The notes: generated by a model from the letters alone, not told the origin. 63,237 nucleotides of DNA, filler included, from Hausera hauseri (GCA_046269625.1; 13 parts of 13 records of this genome joined end to end with filler, not necessarily neighbours in it), one strand, 5' to 3'; counted from the whole stretch's first letter, positions 1 to 13,000 are shown. Program-made: numbers and translations.

Positions 1-11
1 TCTATCGTATC

Positions 12-788
12 ATGGAATTTCGAAAAATGAAATATTTTCATATTTTGTTATTGTTTATATTCACAATTTACGGAACAGTGTCAAATGAAATTGATGATTC
101 AAGACTTTCACTTAGTACAAAAGAGATTAACAACTTTGTCTTTCCACTAATAGTATGCGTTTTATTTATTCTTATTGTTGTGCAACTATACTATTCGACA
201 AAATTAGCTATTTTAACTCTGATAGCCTCCTCTTGTGTACAAAAAGGATATGAGTTGTATTTGATTGAAGAAAGTAAAAATATATACGAAACATTGTCTG
301 AAGATTCTAGAAGCCGATTTAGTACTATTTTTAATATGTTCAAATCCAGCAATTCGGAACAATCACAATCAAAAATAAACAGTAAAACAATGCCATCACA
401 TGTCAAAATAAATGGGTTAAAAATTGTCGCCTCTCTCATGTCTGACTTTACAAATACGTATTTTGAAAACAGTGGCGATTTAATTGGGAAAATATATGCA
501 GGAATTCAAAATCACGTTCCATTCTGGTTAACTCCATTTATCTTTGGATATCTCATCATAATTTGTGGTCTGTGTTCGGCTCTATTATTGTACATTTGTT
601 TAAAAACATCGGGTGGAAACAAATTCAACAAAGCTAATAAACAAATTACACCACTCCAGATGGTACCTGGAAATTATAAAGAAAGGAAATCGATAAAGTT
701 TGAACGAAAATTTTTAGATAGACGTTTAAGATATTATGCAAATATGCGTCGGCCAAATTACATTAAGGCTTTAACTTACAATATGTAG
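12..788 (+). CDS. Hypothetical 258-aa membrane protein (N-terminal hydrophobic segment, about 2 further TM segments, basic C-terminal tail)
   Basis: Uninterrupted ORF in AT-rich DNA with AATAAA about 25 nt after the stop; no family recognised. Confidence 0.45.
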   Translation: MEFRKMKYFHILLLFIFTIYGTVSNEIDDSRLSLSTKEINNFVFPLIVCVLFILIVVQLYYSTKLAILTLIASSCVQKGYELYLIEESKNIYETLSEDSRSRFSTIFNMFKSSNSEQSQSKINSKTMPSHVKINGLKIVASLMSDFTNTYFENSGDLIGKIYAGIQNHVPFWLTPFIFGYLIIICGLCSALLLYICLKTSGGNKFNKANKQITPLQMVPGNYKERKSIKFERKFLDRRLRYYANMRRPNYIKALTYNM

Positions 789-1419
789 AATTAATGAGTT
801 AAATTTTTTTTTCAATAAATATTTTTCTTATTTAAGTGATTATTGAATTTGTTTTTTATTATTATCATAACTATTCGATATTTAATAAATTTGTTACAAA
901 TATCTTTGGTTTAAATCTTCAATCAATATTCATAACTTATTAATTAATAATACTTATTTCCTGAACGTTACAATTTCGTTTTTATGAAATTTTCCTTTCT
1001 ATTTTTGTTTAAATTTTATAACAAAATGTTTGAGTCATTTTGATAATTCAACTGATCGTTAAAATGTAACGCCACCCAATTAATTGTTTGAAAATTGTGC
1101 AATACAGATACTCTATGAGATTTAATTTAAATTTAAATCAAACTTCTAATTTCACTTATAATTCTAATTGAAATTTTGAAGTAACTTTTAGCTAAATTAA
1201 ATATAATTTTCTTACCGATATTAATTATAAAATGAAATTAGTGACTGTAATTAAAATTTCTGAAATTGAAGATTTGTTTGGAAATCTAATATTGTTTCAA
1301 TATTTAGTATAATCTCTTAATATCAAAATTCTTATTTCAAATTTCTTAACAGAAATGTCTTATTCTCAAGTTTGAAATTTTAATTGTTACCCCTTTATCC
1401 TCGCCACCGCTGAGATGCG

Positions 1420-2080
1420 ACTCCCTGGAATTTTAGAATACTCATAAACGGATGCAGCCACCGCATTGAATGAAAACCTATTGGAATTAAATACTCTGAA
1501 AGTAAACCTTGTCCTGGAGGCCGACTTTGAAAAGGATGGTGAAATGTCTAAAAGAACCTTCAAAACAAAAAGCAAGCCTATCCTACAAGCATCAGAAATT
1601 AACAACTTTCTAGATGCAGAGTTTTAAAGTTGGTAACTGAGGTTGAAGAAAGCCATTTTAAGAAAAGCGAATAGACTCTTTCAAACATTAAAGGACTCAA
1701 TCTGTGAATTCACAAATATTCTCAGACGCGTGGACCATCATACATTAGGCTGCCTAAATGGACTAAAGACAAAAAGGAATGTACAGAACAATGGTGGTGA
1801 TATATGCATTATGTATTCAATTCTCTCAAAACTTGTACATGCAAATCCGCTACGAGTTGAAAAATATACAAACCTCGACCATTTATATAATTTTGCATAC
1901 ATATGATTTCTTCCATCGTTGTTGGATATCAAAAATTTGAAAATTTCAACAACATATCAAACAATGTTTTTGCGATTGATGAAAAGGAAGAATATTTCCT
2001 CTAAAAGTTTTCAATGACGAAAAATCTGAGATTGGGATTTGTTGCTATTAAGTGATGCTGACAAAAACCATTTCGATTCG
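1420..2080 (+). pseudogene. N-terminal fragment of a Polinton/adintovirus-type protein-primed DNA polymerase B
   Basis: Translates, with frameshifts, to KVNLVLEADF..KRTFKTK..NNFLDAEF, NVQNNGGDICIMYSILSKL and DWDLLLL. These parallel KVNF..LEALF..QRAFK..DFIDGEFHKL and the downstream blocks of the pPolB at 20.9-21.5 kb. Confidence 0.7.
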
Positions 2081-2479
2081 AAATCAAATAAAATTTCAAC
2101 CACTTTTCTTGCAATGTTATTTCAAGAGCCCTATTTGTTCGTCTGATTTGATATTATTGAAAATGTCTCAAAATCCGTAAGATACGCGAATAACTGATAA
2201 ATGAATTGTATCAAAATATCAGAAGTTACAGTGGCTTTAACTCGATTAGTGTTTGACTTTTCACTTTTCACTTTACATATATTTTCTTTACCTTTTAAAA
2301 GACTTGTTTGTGGACTATAGTTTAATGAAACTTCAATTAGTGCAGCTCCCCAATTACTGGATTTGAGTACTATACGATGAATTTGCTTGAAGAATTATTA
2401 GGATAAGTACTCTTGCAAGAGTTACTTGGCAAAACTATATAAACGTCAGATATGTCAATTCAAATTTTTACTATTTACT

Positions 2480-3512
2480 GGTTTTACTTATCAATTGAGA
2501 TGAATAAATCTAAGTGGGTTGATAATAACCAAACCACTTTACTACCAACTATTTAGGTTTTCCCTTTCCTTTGTTTTCAGAAATAACTGTATTCGAAATG
2601 TATCCGATTTTCTGATAATACCTGCAGCTCTTGCTCATAATATTTACTGTTAAATTCTTTTCCATTTGAATATTTTATTAGGTACATGACAGGTATTTGC
2701 TTTGAGTCGATTTCAGAAATTTGAAATATTTTATCACTCCAATTTGTGTTAAAATTTTTAATAAATGGTGAAGTACTAATTCGTGATATTCGAACAAAAT
2801 CTCCAACTCTGTATTTCGGCCATTGTCTTTTATTCTATGCATTATGCTGTAACTAAACGTCTAAATCATTTGCAACATCAGTTGGACGTAGTCTGTTAAT
2901 GTCACGGTGTTCAGCGTGATTGTATGCATATATAATTTTTCGTAATATTGTAACCCATTTATTACAACCTTGTTTGTTAAAATGTTTTGCTAGTCGATTT
3001 TGTAATATTCTGTTGAATCATTCAACACGTGCAGGCTTGTATTGTGAGTCAACTGAATAATAGTTAATGCCCCATTTCTTTAACAATGATTTAACATTAA
3101 CATTGTAGAATTCTTTACCCATGTCATTCTAAATGTCCTTTGGTTGTGAGGTTTTAAGTAAAATTCGTATGGTTTCACTCACGTTTTATGGGTTTTATCT
3201 TTTTACGAATACAACATGTGAAAGTCTACTAAATACGTCGATGCATGTCAAAATATACCTTTGTCCGTCATTTATGCGCGAAAATGGAATTATTTTTATA
3301 ACATCAATCTGCTAAGGTTGTTAATTCCACCTTTTCTGTATTTACGTGTTTGATATCCCTTCCGCATTGGTTCGTTCAGACTGTATTTCATTTAGTTGCT
3401 TAGCCATTTGGTTGCTCGGTTTTTCGTTACTTTTGCGGCTTTGGTTAACTTCGTTATTCCACAGTAACCAGTCAATTAGTTTAGATTTTACCAAATTTTT
3501 CCATCTTCATCA
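2480..3512 (-). pseudogene. Polinton/Maverick c-integrase with C-terminal chromodomain-like region, multiple stops
   Basis: Motifs QID..., RYILTCIDVFSR, NDMGKEFYN, ARVE*FNRILQNRL, YAYNHAEH, KYRVGDFVRIS, NWSDKIF, YYEQELQ, LVVKWFGY. Confidence 0.85.
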
Positions 3513-3635
3513 CTATTGCAACAGTTCGATTTTATGTTGAATGTTAAATACGGTAAAGAAGGTGATGTATCCATATATACGTATTTCAATAAAACTAGTT
3601 GTTTATATTAGTTTTGCCACCTTGTGCCGCGTCTA

Positions 3636-3875
3636 TCACTTTTTGGTAGTATATCCAGCGGTTGCTCCAACGACTCCTATTGTTACAGCTTTACCCAACC
3701 AAGCTAAAATAGGAAGTAAATCTCTCCATACGGATCCGTTTTTGTTTTGTCGGACACTAGCCTTTTCATAGAAATTGTTTAATTTATTGGGTTTAATTGA
3801 CAATCTAGATATTCCCTTATTCCTTTTTGTTGTTTCTGTTACATAATTAGGCCTAATTGGAATTATAAACACCAA
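3636..3875 (-). CDS. Small basic protein with amphipathic/hydrophobic C-terminus, typical of Polinton ORFs between ATPase and integrase
   Basis: QNKNGSVWRDLLPILAWLGKAVTIGVVGATAG resembles the basic-GG-hydrophobic motif of these proteins; assignment rests mainly on position. Confidence 0.45.
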   Translation of the reverse strand: MVFIIPIRPNYVTETTKRNKGISRLSIKPNKLNNFYEKASVRQNKNGSVWRDLLPILAWLGKAVTIGVVGATAGYTTKK

Positions 3876-4299
3876 AATACGTATTTTGGCAGCAAAAGAA
3901 TGCGCATTAAGTAAATTTATCAGTACCTTTCGATACCTTCACAGAGGTTTTGTATAATTTCGAGTTTTAGCACGTCCGTGCACAATGCTTTGCAAAATTT
4001 CATTAAAGTCTTGACATACGAATGGTGGAAATGAATGTATCACTTTCCGTCGTAAATGCGATGGTGTGCTAATCAACGTTTGAAAGTATGCTATTGCTTT
4101 CTAATCCTATTGTAATTATTGTTTTTTTATTTTGATGTTTATACTTGAAAAAAATTCTTAGGTAAAAGGAATATCTTCTAAGTTCGATTAGGTTTCCTTC
4201 TACTCTTCGTTTTCTTTTTCTCTTGCCGTTTAATAGGCTTCTGTACAACTTTTCGAATTATTTTTTCATAATAATAAAAATAGTATAAAATATATTTGT

Positions 4300-4800
4300 T
4301 TTATTACTTAAATTGTTCTACGATTTCTTTTTTGCGTTTGATCACTGAATACAATTCTAATGGTTTTTCGAATTTCAGTCACCATATTATTGTTTGACAT
4401 GGTAGATTTTTAAATAACACGAAATAGTGAACAATGAGATTACGTGTACGATGATGTCCACCCTGATGAAATAGATTTTGAGTAATAAACACAACAGTCA
4501 TTTCACTATGACGTGCAATTTTCGTAAACAGATTATTGAAATTTTCTTCCTTGTTAACTTCTTGGTACAAATCGTCAATTACTATTGCATCGCATTTCAC
4601 TAATCGACTAGACCAATTTTAGTCAAATCCGTCACTTACTTGCATATTTTGTAATTTACACATCTCCTTTTGTGTCAAACCATATTCTCTTCCGCCACCT
4701 TGGTGCCAATATATGTGCCGAAATTTTCACTGGAACATGTTTGGACTCTGTTCTCACTTCTGCTCGGTCCAACAATTTGGTAAACTGCGTCATTTAACAA
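4300..4800 (-). pseudogene. Polinton packaging ATPase (FtsK/A32-like)
   Basis: Degenerate Walker A (IVGPSRS), Walker B AIVIDDL, LFTKIARHSEMTVVFITQNLF, RTRNLIVHYFVLFKN. Confidence 0.85.
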
Positions 4801-5831
4801 TATTTTTATTACAAAAATCTTTTTTGTCTTAGTTTGTTTATAACTTTTTAGTTATAGTCAATCAATTTTTTCATTATAATACAAAATGCAGCAGTGAATG
4901 CAAGTCCAATAACGAATTTAATCCACTCAAGTTCCAACCCAAAGAATGGAACCTCAGTATCCCTTGTAAATCTGAACGCATGTCAACAATTTTACGATCT
5001 CGATCGATCGCTTTATCAATTATTTCTTTGCCAACTATATAATGATTTCTGGTTTGGTTATTGGCAGCATCCGGTTTTTGATATTGTAACGAACCGCCGA
5101 TAATTGAAAAACATGTACAATTTGAACGGTCATCTTGAACTGGAACGCAACGAGAACAATGGTGCAGTTATGGCATGGCTGTGGAATAGTATGGTAGTAA
5201 GATAATTAATTAAATAATGCGACCGTTGATTACTGTGTAGATTTTGTTCTGTTAATTAATTTTACTGAAATGTAAATCAATCTTTCTATTTCATCGCAAA
5301 CTCCTCCAGTAGAATTGTATTATTAGTAGATTTCGCAGAAGTATTATTTAATTATTACACTTCATAACCATTTCGACTTGTATATTTGTCCTATGATTAA
5401 ACTTTGCTGCAACGTAGACTGACTGTTACATTTTGTCGTCATTTCGTTTATACTACGAAATTGTTGTCGAATTAATTGTTATCGGATAAGTGCAAAATGG
5501 AGCGATTGGATACCGTTCATATCAGTCAAGAATAATTGACAATAACTTGTCGTGGTAAACTTGATGAATCATGATACTTTATAGCGCAGACTACGCAAAA
5601 GTCGTTATATCGTAAGTGAGCTCACGTCGTCCCATCTAAAGGAGGGTTGAATGGTAAATTTGATTACTTTCCTCCGATGGTGGAACAAGCAGAGTAGACA
5701 CGACATTATCTATGAATTATCATTATTATTCTGGTCGGATTGATGCGCAAAGTGTCATTTACGCGTCCCACAGGATATGTTACTTAAATGATAAAGAATT
5801 ATTGTAATTCTTGCATTATATAATATAAACA

Positions 5832-5931
5832 NNNNNNNNNNNNNNNNNNNNNNNNNNNNNNNNNNNNNNNNNNNNTTAATTAATTAANNNNNNNNNNNNN
5901 NNNNNNNNNNNNNNNNNNNNNNNNNNNNNNN
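5832..5931. other. Artificial contig-joining spacer N44-TTAATTAATTAA-N44 (stops in all six frames); 12 copies in the window
   Basis: Identical spacers at 5832, 10079, 15657, 19925, 24046, 29598, 36308, 40868, 45224, 49354, 53960 and 59026, each 100 bp; also a 10-N gap at 60328-60337. Confidence 0.99.
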
Positions 5932-6277
5932 ATTTGCAATTACTTTTTGTCATATTGCCAACTATTCTATGTTAGTCAGATAAGGCAATGACTAACATAT
6001 TAATTGTACTAACTGTAGAGCCAGAACCATATAATATTTTGGTTCTGGCTCGCGGTCTATAGTTATTAATAACTGTCGCTGACAAACTATAATTTTGTAA
6101 GTAGTACATATTGAATTTGTTATTTACGTGCATTTTCATTGCAATTTTGTTGCAGGGCTCTCATGGCTCTCGTGGCTTCAGAGCCTTTTTTATTTATAGT
6201 AACATGTTTTTATTGGTTCGTTATGACTATAAGTTATATCCTCTGGTGTATATTCACATTTCTTTCGATTTTTCATT

Positions 6278-7010
6278 ATGAGCAACATATTTGGTCCGGT
6301 TACTTGTGACGCTCCATTACTCGAGAATTTATTGAAGCTTTATTTTACTTTTCAAGGAGCTAGCCACTTTCAAGAAAATATTGGTTATCATAATCTAGAA
6401 CATTTGAGATATCATGAATCTGAACAAGTTCAGTTAGACATTTTTCATATGTTTATGAACGAAAGAAGTTATGTCAAGCATTTAAAGCAGTGCGTGGACG
6501 ATGCTTTTTTTCTCATCCATGAGGCGATTAAGCAGTACGATAAATTGGCGGTTAAGTGCAATATTACTGATTATGGTAATCAGGTATTTCTCTTTTGTCT
6601 GAGATGTATTTATTCCATTTTAGATTTTACTTTCTAATGACATTATTCGCTCAGATTCTTCGTGTATTTTGTTGGATGATAAGCATCGTGGTGTTTCATC
6701 ATCATTTTTATGCAATGCTGTATTCAATTCCGTTCTAGAATGCGAAAATAAGTTGCACAGTTTTGCGGATCGTGTCAATCCTTGCATGATTTGCAATCCG
6801 ACTTTGTTTCAGTCCGTTTTGCCTCCTTTGCCTAACGCTAGTGCCGTTTTACCAGATACACAGCCTTTGCAAGATGATGTTCCGTTTTATTCGAAGCATG
6901 CTGATCTCAAAGATCAGAATAATGTGGTGACATCTACACCAAAGGCTAAGAGGTCTAAACCTCGTCGTGTAGAGTTGAAGACATTGTCGGATTTGTGTTC
7001 TGCTGTTTAA
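6278..7010 (+). CDS. Two-exon orphan protein of about 230 aa upstream of pPolB (exons 6278-6583 and 6624-7010)
   Basis: A 40-nt GT..AG intron (6584-6623) joins the two ORF-track ORFs in frame; TATA-like element at about 6228, AATAAA at about 7026; contains PCMIC and a basic PKAKRSKPRR. Confidence 0.6.
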
Positions 7011-7538
7011 TTTTGTGTGTGATTTAATAAAATTTTTGTTGTACATTTCTTATTGATTAGATAAGCAATAAGACTTTATTTATTTAATAACTTCATTTAT
7101 TTATTATACTAACATTTTTTTACGTTAATAAATATATCGCTTTTTATAGATGAAAGTATTTTGTTTGAAACTGAAATTGCTTATAATATAATATAGTGGA
7201 GTATTGGTTTATATATCATGCCATAACCAATGAGATCATCCAACAAAATGTTTGTTCAGATGGCTCAATAATGCAATACGATTGCAAGTAAGTGACACAT
7301 TGGAGACATGAGTAACAAAGAACTCGTTTTTATAATTATTACACTTCACTTATTTGGGCAAATGACACAAAAGGTACTTTAATACATAAACATTTTCTGT
7401 TTTATGATAAATTTTTTGGAGTATATACTTTTTATCTTTAATTTCATTGGCTAAATTGTCTGAAAATAAGTATAAATAAAAGATTTTGAAATCATTTATT
7501 TTCATTTAAAAGTTTTGGGCGAAAAAGCTGCTTGAAGA

Positions 7539-10078
7539 ATGGTACATTTTATTTCTTATTTGGTTTTAATATTTCATGGTTCTAGAATTGCAACTACAAA
7601 TACTGTACTAACAAAAATCATTCACAGGAAAAATGCGACGAAACCATGGAGAAATATTATGGAGTTAGAATCGATGGGTCGCAATTTTACATATGTCCAA
7701 CGTGCGAAGTGGTATTTGGTTTACAATTCCCTACATTCCGTAACCAACATATTCACCATTTAAAAATGCTTACCAAACCAAAGAAATCTATATTGCAAAG
7801 TCACACAGACATGATCAATATGGCCGAGCAATTTGTATCGACCAAACAAATTCCATCAACCCGTCAGCCTTCCAAACAATCAAAGAAGTAAAATTCTGAT
7901 AAGAAAGCAAAGAAACAGAAAATTGATTATACATCTTTAAAAAACTGAGAATTGATGTACAGTCCGTGATTGGTAATAAATATGTCAAACTCTGCTTCGA
8001 TGTTGCTCCTGATAAACTTATTTCTACCAGACCGCCTTAACAGATTTTAAATACTGTACATCTGTATATTTCTCGATTTCCATCTTGTAAAATTCAATAC
8101 GGATTAGAAAGTCTGTTTGCGAATACTGAAGGGGAGTTTAAGGAGGCTTGTACTTCCCATTGAGCTACCCTTATGAACAGTCTTATCTCCAATCTGTAGC
8201 CAATAGGTTACATGAATAAATTGACAATTTTTCTGAAATGGGTAGTGGGTGGAAGGTTGTGAAGATTCTTAAATACTGCTTCCATACATTTAGGACAAGC
8301 CCACTACCCTATCTATGTCTGGAAAATCCTGTCTGCCAGTACCTGGCGCTTTGAAAAACTTAATTGTCATTATTAACGTGCAGAATGAGGATAAGTTGTG
8401 TTTTCTGTACTCCGTTCTGGCAGTCACCAAATATTCTGTCTTTGAAAAGCGTTATAGATATACAGTTAGCAATTACACGCATTTCTTGAGCGAGCTGAAA
8501 TATTCGTTGGAAGATATGCCAATGAAAATCTGTAACATTGGTAAATTTAAGCGGCAGAATCCACAGGTTGATGTGGATATAGTGAAAAATCCATTCGCAG
8601 ATATTTCGTATAGAAGCAAAAATCCGAATGGTTCTGTAGTAAACTTGTTGATTTTGGAAAATGATGACAAGTTTCACTATGTTGCTGTCCCTAATCTTAA
8701 ACGGTTATTAAATATGAACAGTAATAAATTTAGAATTCAATGCAAACATTGGTGTGAGAAATGTTTACAGGGCTTTAGACTTGACACTGCTTACGCTAAG
8801 CATTTGCCTATGTGCAATTCTTCTGCCAAGTGCATGACATTGTACAAAATGACCGAAAATAAGTTTTGTGAGTTTAAGGACTGGGCAAAATCAATAAGCC
8901 CGCCTTTCATCTTATGTGCCGACTTTGAATCTGTTCTCTGTCCTGATGGTGAAGTAAAGTATATTCATTTGTCTGCTGCCGCCGGTCTCCTGTTAGTTTC
9001 ACCAACAGCTGTTGAATATAGGCAATTCACTGGTGAAAATTCTATAGTTGGGTTTCTAGCTTGTTTACAGGAAATTGTTAAAACATTAGTTTTCCCCTGG
9101 TATAAAAGTGTCAAAAAGCCAATGATCCCGTTAACACCAGCTAAATGGTTTCATTTTAAAAACGCCACTCCATGTTACCTTTGCCACGAATAGGGCAGTA
9201 CATTTGTTAGGGATCGCTGTCATATTATAGGTAAATACTTAGGCCCAGCATGTAATCAGTGTAATTTGGCTTGTAAGATTAGGTATAATTTACCTGTCTT
9301 ATTTCACAATTTGCGCGGATATGACCTGCATAATACCGTGAAACATGCATTAAGTTAATGCGGAAGTTGGGAATTAAATATAATTCCGCAGACTACAGAG
9401 AAGTTCCTAACAATGAATGCAATTATCCGCTGTTCGGGCAAAAAGTCAGTATATATTCGGTTTCTCGACTTGTTTCAGTTTTTACCGTCTTCACTCAAAA
9501 CATTAGACTCAAACTTGGATAGCTACCCATTTACTGAGTCTGCTTTTCCTTCTGATAATATTAGGGGAAAAGGTATTTTTCCACATACTGCAGCCAAATC
9601 TTTTAGTGATGTGCAGTCTATTAAGGAGTTGCCACCGAAATTGGATGGTGTTACTGAGGGAAATTATGAGGAAGCACACTGGCTTGGTCGAAATATAGTT
9701 ATAGCTGTCTTTTAGATGATCTGTTAATATATATGAAGCTCGACGTGTACTTGTTAGGCGATATTTTTGAACTTGTTAGAAAAGAGGTTACGTTGCAGGA
9801 TGGATTAGAGGCCGTTAATTTCCTTTCTATTCCAGGTTTATCTTGGGCAACTGCACTGAAAACGAGCCAGTGCCGTATTGAACTTGTGCAGGATCCTGAG
9901 ATGTACAATTCCTTTCAATCAGGTATTCGCAGTGGCATGACTTTTGTAAATAAGCATAGGGTTGTTTCTGATGAAAGCACCAGTCTCTTGTACATAGATG
10001 TAAATAATATGTACGGCTGGGCTTTATCGCAATCATTGTCATTTGCGAATTTGGTATGGATATATGGTGAGGATAAAT
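7539..10078 (+). pseudogene. Protein-primed DNA polymerase B (Polinton/adintovirus type with EndoVII-like Zn insert), truncated by contig end
   Basis: GSGW, INVQNEDKLCFLYSVLA, LCADFES (ExoI), CYLCHE..RDRCHIIGKYLGPACNQCNL, FHNLRGYDLH, RFLDLFQFLPSSL, KGIFP, YMKLDVYLL, YIDVNNMYGWALS. An ATG micro-exon plus 44-nt intron (7542-7585) leads into a Zn-finger N-terminus. Confidence 0.92.
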
Positions 10079-10318
10079 NNNNNNNNNNNNNNNNNNNNNN
10101 NNNNNNNNNNNNNNNNNNNNNNTTAATTAATTAANNNNNNNNNNNNNNNNNNNNNNNNNNNNNNNNNNNNNNNNNNNNCTAACTCGTATGTTGACGATTA
10201 CTTGAGGATTTTAACATTCACATTAATAAACACCCGCTTCCAGTTTCACTACCTAGAGATCACCAGAGGTCAGGTGACTTTTTTTTTTTTCTAAAGAATC
10301 CAGAATAAAATAAAAATT

Positions 10319-10452
10319 CCTGCTGCTTCTAATGGGATTCGAAACCTGGACCAGCTGCACGTGGAACGGTAGCCTGTCCTCGACACCTGGACCAGCTGCA
10401 CGTGGAACGGTAGCCTGTCCTCGACACCTGGAGAGGGTGCCTGTCCTCGAGA
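10319..10452 (-). repeat. tRNA-derived SINE-like head with a 41-bp perfect tandem duplication
   Basis: B-box-like GGTTTCGAATCCC on the minus strand; unit ACCTGGACCAGCTGCACGTGGAACGGTAGCCTGTCCTCGAC starts at 10344 and 10385. Confidence 0.5.
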
Positions 10453-11147
10453 CCATTCAGCACCGCACATTCCAGATTTTGAAGATCAGTTATCTAATTG
10501 ATTTCAACATCTTGAAGGGCGATCGAAAACTATTCATCTTTTTAACGGAACTTCGGTTGTAGATCATCACCACAGGACTAGCAGTGTGTCTGGTTAAACT
10601 GTCGTGCAATCCAGAATTCCCAGATTAATAGTGCCTCCTATCAACAGAGGACAGAGGCTTCTGTTAAAATAAGATTTTGTAATGAAATGCCTCCACAGTA
10701 TCAAGATGAGCCACTGATAGAAACATACCATGTTTGTGGCCAACGATAAAAACACCTGACACACAGGCATAATCTCGTTTGATAGAAATATCAGATAGGT
10801 AAGGCTATGACATGTTATGCAGAAGTAAAACAGGTACGCGATATTTTTTCCCGCACAATAACTCTTGAGATAGAGCCAAAGAAAGGAAGACTGCTTGAAA
10901 TTGTATTTAAAAGTTCAGAGTAACAAATGTTATGATATAAACAGTTCACTAGAGTACATCGGTACACAAATGAGCAAGACTAAGAAGGGGAAAACTATTG
11001 GACCCAGTCAGTGGGGGTAAAACGCCCAAAAGGTAGGCGCGACTTTCCTATTATAGGTCGACAGAAAACGCACAAATCTGCTTGCTGTGTTGACAAAAAA
11101 CTGATTGTAATATCTCAAATCATGATAGACCATTTACTGTATAACAA

Positions 11148-13000
11148 TAGGGTTGTCCTTAAAAGCTAACATTTACTTTACCGAAGTGCTTTTGCAAATT
11201 TTATTCAACTAGCATAAAAAATAGATTAGCAAAGTTTTATTTGATTTATCAGCTTTTAACACCGTCAAAAGAACAATGAATTTTGACGCTTTTTTACTTT
11301 TTTGACCCAGAATGTTTTATCGTTAGTTACCAAACTGTGGTCCCGATGCATGCAGACGTTTAGTAAGCGCTAAACAATAATGATTTGATTTAATTGGACA
11401 GCAGAAGTAATTTCAACATTGTAATAATCTTTTAATTAATTTAGATTTAGTTTTACAGCCTTCGGGCCAGAATGGCACATCCATTTGATAAGATTTCTAC
11501 CAGACAACAAGATGAAGTGTGGCTGATCGGATTCCAAATTGACAAATTACCAGAAATTCGGTTTACACTTAGGAAAGAGGTTCTCTAGCGGTACTGAAAG
11601 CTACATCTATCCTGAAAGGAAGGAATCGGAGATCCGCACCTCATTTAAAGAGAGAAGAAGAGTTTCAAATTAGTCTCCAAGACTTGTTCGACATGGCGCG
11701 TGCGTATGCACTTCAGATCATTAAAATTTTGGAGGACCGCGAATTCCTTCAAGCACAACGTGGACCACGTCGTTGAGGCTTTATTGCAGGTGCCGACACC
11801 GTTCTAACTGCAAAAGAAGAACGCATGCTTCGTCGCAATGAACTGTTGACTGCAATAGCACGGCACAAAATGGAGAAGCAAGCAATTCGAGACAAGACTA
11901 TTTTGTTGGTGTCAGTATCATCATCAGAAGCTGAAGCCAATGATCAAGACACATTTGCCAGTCAGCAAGGAGACATATAGTCACACCAGAGCTGACAGAA
12001 GCCTTTTATCGCACCAAGGTCAGCGATTGCTATACCGTCCACATCTTGTCAGCAGTAGCGTCGGCTTTTGGACACAACCGCTCGTAGTTCACCATCAACC
12101 GGACATCAATCAGGACAAACATGCGAATCCTCCATTTTAACGAATCCTCCCAACGTCATCCATTTTATGTAATGAGCGTCCTCCAAAGGGTTCAGATCCA
12201 GGCAACCAGAAGCCATGCACTGAGCACTCTGGATGGTCCGTGTAATCCACGGAATCAAAATCTACCTGTTCATAAGTCAGTTTCGAAAGACCGAGAAAGT
12301 ACTTAGAGGCGTGAAACGCTTTGCAACATTTGCTGGTACCCTTTATACCAAAGTCTTATACAGTGCTCCATCCGCCATTGACACTACAGCTGGAGATCTA
12401 GCTGTGTTAAAGGCACTCATTTATTATCCTGACTGAAATATTGCCAAAGCCATTAGCAAAAAATTTGCCAATCATCTGTGGTACCTCAGTGAAGAGTTTG
12501 CGGGATTCGCTCTGTTTGATGATAGTGTTGAAGTTGACGTTAAATGAATGATGATATCCGCTTTTATTGAGGACGGCCAAAAGAACCGTCATCCATGGGC
12601 GCAGGTAGATCTCACATCAACAGACGCCATCAATGCTAGGACGGTAGCAGATTTCATTACTTCAACATCACTGTGAATTTTCGAGGCATTTAAAGTCACC
12701 ACCGACTTCTTGAAGAAAGACCCCAATGAGTGGGGGGATGATCCGTCGTACCGGTCATCACACAAAAGCATGAGCGGAATCTCCACTGTCAATGATTTTT
12801 CAGAACGTGGTGTGGCACTGATCTAGGACTACAATCACCTCCTAACTAAGGACAAACAGCAACGCCCATATCTTCTGCAATTTGTTGAGTGTCATCACCG
12901 TCGGTTCTCCGATTCAAAGAAGATGCCTACTTTGTTTGACTCTGAATTAGCCAAGCACGCACCACAGAATTGAACTAGATGACTAAGACAGTTATGACAC
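11148..13000 (+). mobile_element. Decayed hAT-related (hATm-like) DNA transposon
   Basis: Starts TAGGGTTGTCC. Transposase motifs ALWMVRVIHGIKIYLF..QF, HLWYLSEE, and VNDFSERGVALI*DYNHLLTKDKQQRPYLLQFVECHHRRF. No 3' TIR seen; subfamily name is from recall. Confidence 0.65.

Noticed and set aside
5832-5931. Recurring TTAATTAATTAA motif and ORFs ending XXXX-LIN
   Set aside because: Synthetic six-frame-stop spacer; ORFs crossing it are artefacts
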